Shown here: positions 56,270-64,000 of the stretch, one piece after another
Position numbering within the stretch: the first letter of the stretch is position 1
Layout of the letters: each line of letters begins with the position of its first letter
Source of the DNA: Mytilus californianus
Lineage: Eukaryota
Direction: 5' to 3'
DNA length: 64,000 nucleotides
Assembly: GCF_021869535.1 (NCBI RefSeq)
Contig: NW_026262745.1
Coordinates: 12,524,001-12,588,000, forward strand
Notes under the pieces: model-generated
What the model was told of the DNA's origin: nothing
Databases searched by the model: none
Seen by the model: the letters and a program-made list of their open reading frames with translations, nothing else
Translations under genes and position numbers: made by a program

Positions 56270-59200
56270 GTATTTTTAATGAACAGTGTACATTTTAATT
56301 ACAAAGAGGTATTTTTAATGAACAGTGTACATTTTAATTACAATGAGGTATTTTTAATGAACAGTGTACATTTTAATTACAATGAGGTATTTTTAATGAA
56401 CAGTTCACATTTTAATTACAATGAAAAAGACAACCAGGAAGTACCTAGGCTATAATTTGAGAGATTTCCAATACTATATAAAGTAAGTGATGATGTCCTT
56501 TTATAATGGTGCTACTTGTATAACAATATTTTAAATTGTAGGGAAAACTTCAGATGGAAGAGAACAAAATTGAACCTCCATGAATTGTCGAAGTCTATAC
56601 AAGGGAAATAGGAGAGTTAGAATTTCCTGTATTTATCAAGAAAAAAATACTATTCACTGTCAATCATTTACTATTTAAGAAAATTCAACTTTAGATTGAA
56701 GATATTTATCAAAACCACTGATTTAATTAGATCCAAACATACTATGAAGCATCCCTTAGTAGCTATAAAATAGGATGATGCAAATTTCACCATTGATATA
56801 ATTAATTAATTAAACATAGTGGAAAGCAACACTGATCATTTACCTCAAAGTATTACAGTCCTTTAGAACAAAATATGGGGAAATTGATATTTAAATTGTT
56901 TCCTATCAGTAATGTCTTTGATGCTCCAGAAAATGTTATTATTTTGCTTTATTTTTAAGACAGACCAACTTGCAGCAGGATTGTTAGAGCTTGGTATTAA
57001 ACGAGGAGACAGAGTAGGAATATGGGGACCAAACTCCGTAGAATGGAGTCTGACACAGTATGCCACAGCTAGGGCTGGAATTATACTGGTATTTTATGTT
57101 ACAAATTTTATTTAATTTCTTTAATAAAATATCATTTTCTTCAATGTACTCTGGAATAATAATTTGATTTAAAAGAAATGTGGAGTATACATCAATAAGA
57201 CAACAAGAAGAGAAATAATAAAAAGACATAAAGAGGAAAAAACTGATAGTTTACAACAATAAACAGGTGTTTAACTCTAATCACATATGTTGCATTTTTT
57301 ATATTGATGGTTTAAAAAAAAAATAAAAAAAAAAAAAATATACAAATTGTTTTTTCTAAGGTTTTTTATTTTGCTTGATGTAATTTACACTTTTCAAAAA
57401 AGAAATGGATACATGTTTGAAATTAAAATTTTAATATCATAAATTATTTATCATAGTATATATAGGTTATTAGAACCCTTGTCATAGGTTGAGAATAATA
57501 ATAATCCACTAGCTTTATCATCAAAATTCTTATGAATATAGATGCTAATAATGAACATTTTGCATCAATTCAAAACTTCACTCATCAAATTTCTGTGGCG
57601 TAGCAAAGCCATTTTTAAGTGTACGCACGAACCTCGGCGAGGGATCTGAAGGCCCTCAGCGGCCCCAGGGCAGAGCACCTCCAGGTAGTGGTCGAAACTC
57701 CTGGAAGCTCACACGTTATCATGAAAAAGATACCGGTACGTACCGGCCATTTCTGTCATTCAAAATTCATCAATAGCAACATACTTGGTTGGTTGAGAAC
57801 AAAACTTTACTACATACAGATGATTTCAGCTTCCCAGTTGTGCACTTTTCATTTCTATGTAGCAACATTCCTGTAGAACCTGCATATGAGTTTATATCTC
57901 CCAGTTGATACGTTATTTCAGATCTTGCATTTCCTATCATGATTTCCTTGAATGAGGTTGCTACGTACAAGGAAGCTATCAAACCAAGAGTTTCAATTGG
58001 TGAAGTTAAAAGCATCCCTTCGAAATTTTTTAAGATCGCTATCACAAGTTGGTTTCACAGATGACGACGGACATGTTCCATTGTTGTAACCGCAGTTCTG
58101 TCCTCTTTTCCTCGAATTTGACCTACCGAATTAAACTTATCACCAAGTGTTTACTTATATGAGCAACACGACGGGTGCCACAAGTTTTAATTTTGTTGTC
58201 AATTGATTGACTGGTTTACCCAACATCTCCTTTTGAACATATTCTAAAGCATCTGGTTTGGACATTTTTTTCTAAAACAAAGGACAATTAGATTCCAAAT
58301 CAACACACTGAAATCAACATGAAAAAAATCCAAATCCAATACAAAAAGAGAGGCTAAATATACCAAAGGTATATTCAAACTCATCAGTTGAAAACAAACT
58401 GACATTGCCATTCAAAAGATGAAATACATCGAAAAGACAAACAGTACATAAAAGACAACATAGAAAACTAAAGACTAGGCAATACGAACCCCACCTAAAA
58501 CCGGGAGTGAACTCAGGTGCTCCAGAAGGGTAAGCATATCCTGTTTATCATGTGGCACCCACCGTGTTGCTCATTTAGATAAACACTTGGTGATAAGTCT
58601 AATTCAGTAGATCAAATTCGAGGAAAAGAGGACGGAACTGCGGTTACAACAATGGAACATGTCCGTCGTCATCTGTGAAATAGTCAACCAACTCGTGATA
58701 GTGATCTTAAAATTTTTCGAAGGGATGCTTTCAACTTCACCACTTGAAACTCTTGGTTTGATAGCTTCCTTGTACGTAGCAACCTCATTCAAGGAAATCA
58801 TGATAGGAAATGCAAGTTCTGAAATATCTTATCAACTGGGAGATATATACTCATATGCAGGTTCTACAGGAATGTTGCTACATAGAAATGAAAAGTGCAC
58901 AACTTGGAAGCTGAAATCATCTGTATGTAGTAAAGTATTGTTCTCAACCAAGTATGTTGCTATTGATGAATTTTGAATGACAGAAATGGTATCTTTTTCA
59001 TGATAACGTGTGAGCTTCCAGGAGTTTCGCCAACTACCCGGAGGTGCTCTGCCCTGGGGCCGTTGTCTGCCTTCAGATCCCTTGCCGAGGTTCAGGCGTA
59101 CACTTAAAAACGGCTTTGCCAGCCACTTAATTTGGATCAAAATAGTACTCCCTCAAAAATTCATGTGCACGCCCTGGCGTTTTGACGTAAACGTAGCTAC

Positions 59201-62200
59201 GCGCCTTTACTTACAAGTCCATTGAGGTTTTTTAGATAAACCTGTTTTGTAAGTCTGATAATGTTATACTTTCACACAGCACAATGGTCGACCATGCTAT
59301 ATCAGAACTTGGTCTTTTGTATTTTTGCTAAATTACATATGTTCAATTGAAAAGTGACAGCAATCTTTAAATGTGCATATTTCCTTTTAAATCATTCTTT
59401 CTTTTCAGGTTAATATTAACCCATTATACAGACCTGATGAACTACAGTATGCTTTAGAAAAGGTACTAAATTTTGAGTTAAGTTGCGATCAGAATAATAA
59501 TGGTGATTGAAAAAAGTCATTACTTCGGAAACCATTCACGTGTTAAAAAAGTTGTCAATTCTATTTTGATTTTACTTAAGGTAGATAAACTGTATATACT
59601 GCCATCTTGGATTGAAAAATAGCAATTCACAATCAGCCTAGTTCTTTGCTTAAATCTGCAAATTTTAAGACATATTGACAATTAATGTGTGAAACTGTTT
59701 ATTTGAATAAAGAAAAATAAGTGATTTATTGCATTATTTAGACTGTTTTAGCAAATACAAAATATTTGAGTTTGTTTGAATCAAATTTTTATTTTAGCTA
59801 CTTTTAAAAGGGGAAATAACTCAAAGGGTAAAATTCTTATAAAGGATTGATAAAATTTTTTTCATTTTTATACGCCCGTTTACAGGACCTATTATGGTAT
59901 ACCGCTGTCTGTCCGTCCGTCCGTCCATCCGTACTCAACATGTCGGACAATAACTCAAAAACGCTTTAACCAATTTGCATGAAACTTTGGTGAATTGTTT
60001 ATATCTATTAATGTGAGCTCCCTTTTTTATTTTTATAAATTTTAGATTTTATGTTTCCGAGTTGTGGGGTTTTATTCATTAAAAAAGGGGGATTTCCCAG
60101 TTTTCGGACAATTACTCAAAAAAGCTTTTGAGCAGTTTTTCATGAAACTTTGGTGACTGGTTTATATCTATTGAAAAAGCGATGGGCGTATCATGCTCGC
60201 ATGGCACAGCTGTTTATTTACTTGAAGCAAGAAAACAAGTTCAGTGACACCATTTTTTCTTTTTAATTTTCTTAAAGCATATGATATAATGTATCTGCTC
60301 ACATTTCATTTCAAAATTCTATCTCATAGATTTCTATTTATTCACAAAAAAGTATTTTTTCATGAATAATCTATACAAATTTGGGTAATTTTGCACGACT
60401 TGTAGCTTGAAAAATAGCACGGCGACCCATACTTTTAATTATATTTTTGAAAAAAAGCATGGTATGATCTACATTTTGGCAAATTATATGAAAATACTGA
60501 TGGTCCACCTTAAAGCTATATACCTTGTAATTAGTTTTCCTTAATAATGTCTTAATGGATTTTTTGCTTCATTGACAGAATCTGGTACTGATGACAGATC
60601 TTTGACCGTCTCTGTTATATTTATTCACAACTTTTCTAGACTCAGGGCAGTTCAAAGTTTGACTTATTGTATAGACACTTACTATTTTACTATTGTTGAA
60701 GTTCTTGCCATGACCTCTAAACATCTTTTCGTGTTGGGTTGATGTCATATTGATGTATATATGAATTTTGAGAATAGAATGTTTCTTCTTAGATCAATAT
60801 AATGTCATATCTTTAAATATGTATTTACAAAATAGTCACTATTTTATTCAATAGGTTGGATGTAAGGCTTTAATAATGGCAGAAGAGTGGAAAGGTCAAA
60901 ATTATTATGACATTGTTTTCCAACTGGTGCCTGAATTAGCCAGGGCAGACAGTGATGATCACATTAAAAGTCACTTGTAGGTACCAGTAAAGGAGAGTTT
61001 ACAATTTGAATTTATAAAATAAGAAAGTTAACATAATTGAGATTGATGAACTGTTTATTGGAGCAATATGCTTTTTTAGCCATTGATCATTACAGAAGTT
61101 AAAATGTCGTACCGCTACATAAATGTAACTTTTGATTATCTGGAAACTTTAAAATTATTGCATAAGTTATAATATATTATAAAAAAGATGTAGTTTGATA
61201 GCCAATGAGACAACTATTCACCAAAGACAAAAGAACAAGGATGTAAATTACAATAGTCCACTGTATGGCCTTTAACAATGAGCATAATCCTTATCTATAG
61301 TAAGCTATAAAGACCTTGAGATAGCAAAATGTGTAACAATTAAAATGGCAAAACATGATCATTTAAGCTCATAGCATTTACTGAAAAGCAATTATTCTAA
61401 GCAGTAATCAATGACAACCACTGCACTGTTGGCTCCTGGCTTGGGACAGACACATAAAGAGTGTAGCTGTGTTAATCGTGTTTGTGAGTACTCAACCCTC
61501 CCTCAGGCTAGGTACAGTGGTGTATCAGTACAACATTATAGAACAAACTATAAAAATAAGTTGAAAATGGTGTGACTCATCAGATCAGTATAAAGCACAA
61601 AAAACAACTAACAAAATAACAAAACTACTGATATAAGAATACTCAAAGCTACTTGAAGCTAGTTAAAATCCCAATTTCAACTGATCAATTGCCTGGATTA
61701 GAAACATACATTTTACAACTTTTGCATAAGGAAGTAGCTCATTATTATGAATAGGAAAACTAGTTGGAAGCGATATTCTGCCTTTCACATAGTTATTTCT
61801 TTCAATGTTTTTTTTCGCAGGTTGCCTGACCTGAAAAGAGTTATAATGATGGGGGATAAACAGTATCAGTAAGTGATTATAAGAACATTAATTGATACAT
61901 GACATACAAGAATACTCCCATTTTGGAAAAGAATAATATTGCTGATCTTGATTTTGAAAGACACTATAATTCAAAAAACGGTGTAAATTGCATCTACAGA
62001 GTTGACCAATCAATTACTTACGATAGAGTCTTTGAACTTGTTTTTTGTATACAGATCATGTATTTCCACATATGCAAAGATAAATGCTATATGAAACAGT
62101 TGTGCATATATGAAATACAACTGAAAATATTCAAACAATCCACTTTGCAGTTATGGGCAACCATAATATAAACCAGAATGCATAATTTTTGCAGATTATT

Positions 62201-63502
62201 AAAGATTTTTGTTAATGGTGAAATTTTGTTGTGAATTATGTTATATCATTGACTATTTACTTGTCTAAACTCAGGTTGTTTTAGAGCTTGTTGTAATGTT
62301 TCAATGTTTGTTTGTCATTGGAAGTTATAAGTATAGTGAACTCCAGATGTTTAATAATTTTTGTTTACTTATATTATTACATGTTGCTTTTTCATTAATA
62401 TGAACCCTTTATGTTTTTGTTGAAAAGTTTCTTGTCATCAAATTTGGCTGATAAAGTTAACAGTAATAGTTAATTCATACAGTTCCAATTTTCACTCATC
62501 TACTGAAACTGACTTAAAAATGCATCAATTCATGAATAGATCTACCTTAAAAAGAAAATCTAGCAAGTTACTCCATATATTTTAGTACATTGTACATGTA
62601 AATACATGATTCAGGATAAATGTGAGTAAAATTAAGGTATTTCTTCAGAGGAGCACTGAAATTCTCGGATGTAATGGAGGCTGCTACCAATAAACGTAGA
62701 ACAGAAATATTAGATTTACAGTCCAAACTACAGTTTGATGACCCAATCAATATACAGTTTACATCTGTAAGTAATATTTATTTCTGATCATTTAACAATA
62801 CACAAAAAAAGAACAGGAAAAATAGAACTTCCACAGTTTAGAACTATCAATTGTTTAGTATAACATGAAATAAAGCATCTTTGAAGGAAAAAAAAAACAA
62901 TTATTTTATCTTTTACAGGGAACTACAGGAACACCCAAGGGAGCCACATTGTCACATCATAATATTATGAATAACAGCTATTTTACTGGACACATACTTG
63001 GATATCATGAAATGGTAATACAACATTAACTTGGGGAGAATAATGAAAACTACAAAAACAAATATGTACATTGATTTTATAATGGTATCATGTTTTTATG
63101 ATGTGCAAATTAATTTTTCTTGCACAATTTACCTTTTCAAAGATGCAAGATTCTATGAACTTTCAAGAGGAAGTTGTAAACTTACTGAATATTCAGTTAG
63201 CTATAGGGATCTTAGAAATAGAATTTTGGTACAAAAAGCACTTGGTTACCTATAGCCCAATTATTATTCTTTAAATTAAAATATTTTATTCATAAATATT
63301 AAGTATAATATAATTTCCATGCACATAACATACACTATGTTTTATGATTTTAGGAAACTAGAATTTGTATACCAGTTCCTTTGTACCATTGTTTTGGTAT
63401 GGTGGTAGGAAGTCTACAGATGGTGACACATGGATCCACATGTGTATTCCCCTCACCAGGATTTGATGCAGGGACTACTCTTCAGTCTGTCAGCAAGGAA
63501 AG
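56080..63502 (+). CDS. ACSF2: Medium-chain acyl-CoA ligase ACSF2, mitochondrial; partial (exon 1 not found, continues beyond the window)
   Basis: Exons 56080-56269, 56960-57088, 59409-59462, 60855-60976, 61821-61868, 62649-62766, 62919-63014, 63354-63502, all phase-compatible; [22 protein letters not shown]-binding [27 protein letters not shown] and [12 protein letters not shown]. Confidence 0.95.
56267..56422. repeat. 39-bp tandem repeat, 4 copies, containing the ACSF2 5' splice site
   Basis: gaggtatttttaatgaacagtgtacattttaattacaa(a/t); GT at 56270, 56309, 56348 and 56387. Confidence 0.95.
56960..57088 (+). CDS. ACSF2: ACSF2 exon
   Basis: ttttaag|[43 protein letters not shown]|gtattt. Confidence 0.95.
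57595..59125. mobile_element. Large inverted repeat (foldback): ~580-bp composite arms of MITE end, Penelope RT remnant and family B tail
   Basis: 57595-58180 is the imperfect reverse complement of 58552-59125; the arms contain a degraded FLCSNIP..PAY...HDFLE...[11 protein letters not shown] signature. Confidence 0.9.
59409..59462 (+). CDS. ACSF2: ACSF2 exon
   Basis: cttttcag|[18 protein letters not shown]|gtacta. Confidence 0.95.
59866..60215 (+). mobile_element. pearl/DINE-1-like non-autonomous Helentron (HINE)
   Basis: tttttatacgcccg start, (gtcc)n tract near 59910-59930, gggcgtat near 60185-60192 complementary to the 5' end. Confidence 0.75.
60855..60976 (+). CDS. ACSF2: ACSF2 exon
   Basis: ttcaatag|[18 protein letters not shown]...HIKSH-TT|gtaggt. 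Confidence 0.93.
61180..61590 (+). mobile_element. Dispersed repeat family A copy
   Basis: aaaagatgtagtttgatagccaatgagacaactattcacc...ggcctttaacaatgagc...ggctcctggcttgggacag. Confidence 0.75.
61821..61868 (+). CDS. ACSF2: ACSF2 exon
   Basis: tttcgcag|[18 protein letters not shown]|gtaagt. Confidence 0.93.
62649..62766 (+). CDS. ACSF2: ACSF2 exon
   Basis: ttcttcag|GALKFSDVM...[13 protein letters not shown]|gtaagt. Confidence 0.95.
62919..63014 (+). CDS. ACSF2: ACSF2 exon (AMP-binding motif)
   Basis: ttttacag|[32 protein letters not shown]|gtaata. Confidence 0.96.
63354..63502 (+). CDS. ACSF2: ACSF2 exon
   Basis: attttag|[51 protein letters not shown]|gtttgt. Confidence 0.96.
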
Positions 63503-63691
63503 GTTTGTCAGTGTATTATACAATAAGAAGGATGTTCATGAAAGAATCATGTAAAGTTTGCTCTTCAGATAATGATAAAATCTTCTAACCAGTTTTAAGA
63601 TTGCAAATTTGCCCTCCGAAGACTAGTGTATTAGTGGAGGTTTCAAATCTTCATCTTATCTTTAAATCACCTTTATTTTGTCCAATATTAC

Positions 63692-63975
63692 TTTTTATGC
63701 CCCACCTACGATAGTAGAGGGGCATTATATTTTTCGGTCTGTGCGTCCGTTCGTCAGTCCGTCCGTCTGTCACGCTTCAGGTAAAGTTTTTGGTCAAGGT
63801 AGTTTTTGATGAAGTTGAAGTCCAATCAACTTGAAACTTAGTACACATGTTCCCTATGATATGATCTTTCTAATTGTAATGCCAAATTAGAGTTTTGACC
63901 CCAATTTCATGGTCCACTGAACATAGAAAATGATAGTGCAAGTGGGGCATCCGTGTACTATGGATACATTCTTAT
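63692..63975 (+). mobile_element. pearl/DINE-1-like HINE
   Basis: tttttatgccccacc start, gtccgt-type microsatellite, ggggcatccgtgtactatggatacattctt end with a 3' stem-loop. Confidence 0.75.
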
Positions 63976-64000
63976 TTCACCTAAAATACTGTGAAGAGAA

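Noticed and set aside
57770-59140. Duplicated ~100-aa ORFs ([26 protein letters not shown]...)
   Set aside because: Antisense reading of the Penelope RT remnant in the two foldback arms
1-64000. Prokaryotic operon, defence system or phage content
   Set aside because: All real coding segments are spliced, no long intronless ORFs exist, and the repeats are metazoan-type

Overview
AT-rich, intron-containing eukaryotic DNA. The repeat landscape looks like a bivalve, probably a Mytilus mussel; this is inference from recognising repeat families, not a database result. I can reconstruct five spliced genes by GT/AG (one GC/AG) boundaries and reading-frame phase. (1) Minus strand 48-6200: a Mieap/SPATA18-C-terminal-domain-like gene, possibly disrupted. 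(2) Minus strand 16985-21881: a type I membrane protein with a UMOD/GP2/OIT3 D8C domain, mucin stalk, TM helix and tyrosine-motif-rich tail. (3) Plus strand 27680-32829: an unrecognised 8-exon gene. (4) Minus strand 42552-49145: MRPL30. (5) Plus strand 56080 to beyond 63502: ACSF2, incomplete at both ends. The rest is dense with mobile DNA: Penelope-like remnants, six complete but mostly degenerate minimal hammerhead-ribozyme motifs, two LINE remnants, a tiny two-LTR element, several Mutator-like and Harbinger-like MITEs with visible TSDs, a 5-bp-TSD element, a tRNA-derived SINE, pearl/HINE-like elements, minisatellites and large palindromes. The most notable items are the hammerhead motifs with palindromic stem III, the 124-bp-core LTR element with three AACA junctions, tandem repeats that multiply splice sites, a ~580-bp foldback in an ACSF2 intron, the D8C receptor and the orphan gene. 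No rRNA, true tRNA or CRISPR array was found. Gene and TSD coordinates were counted by hand; boundaries of dispersed repeats are approximate.
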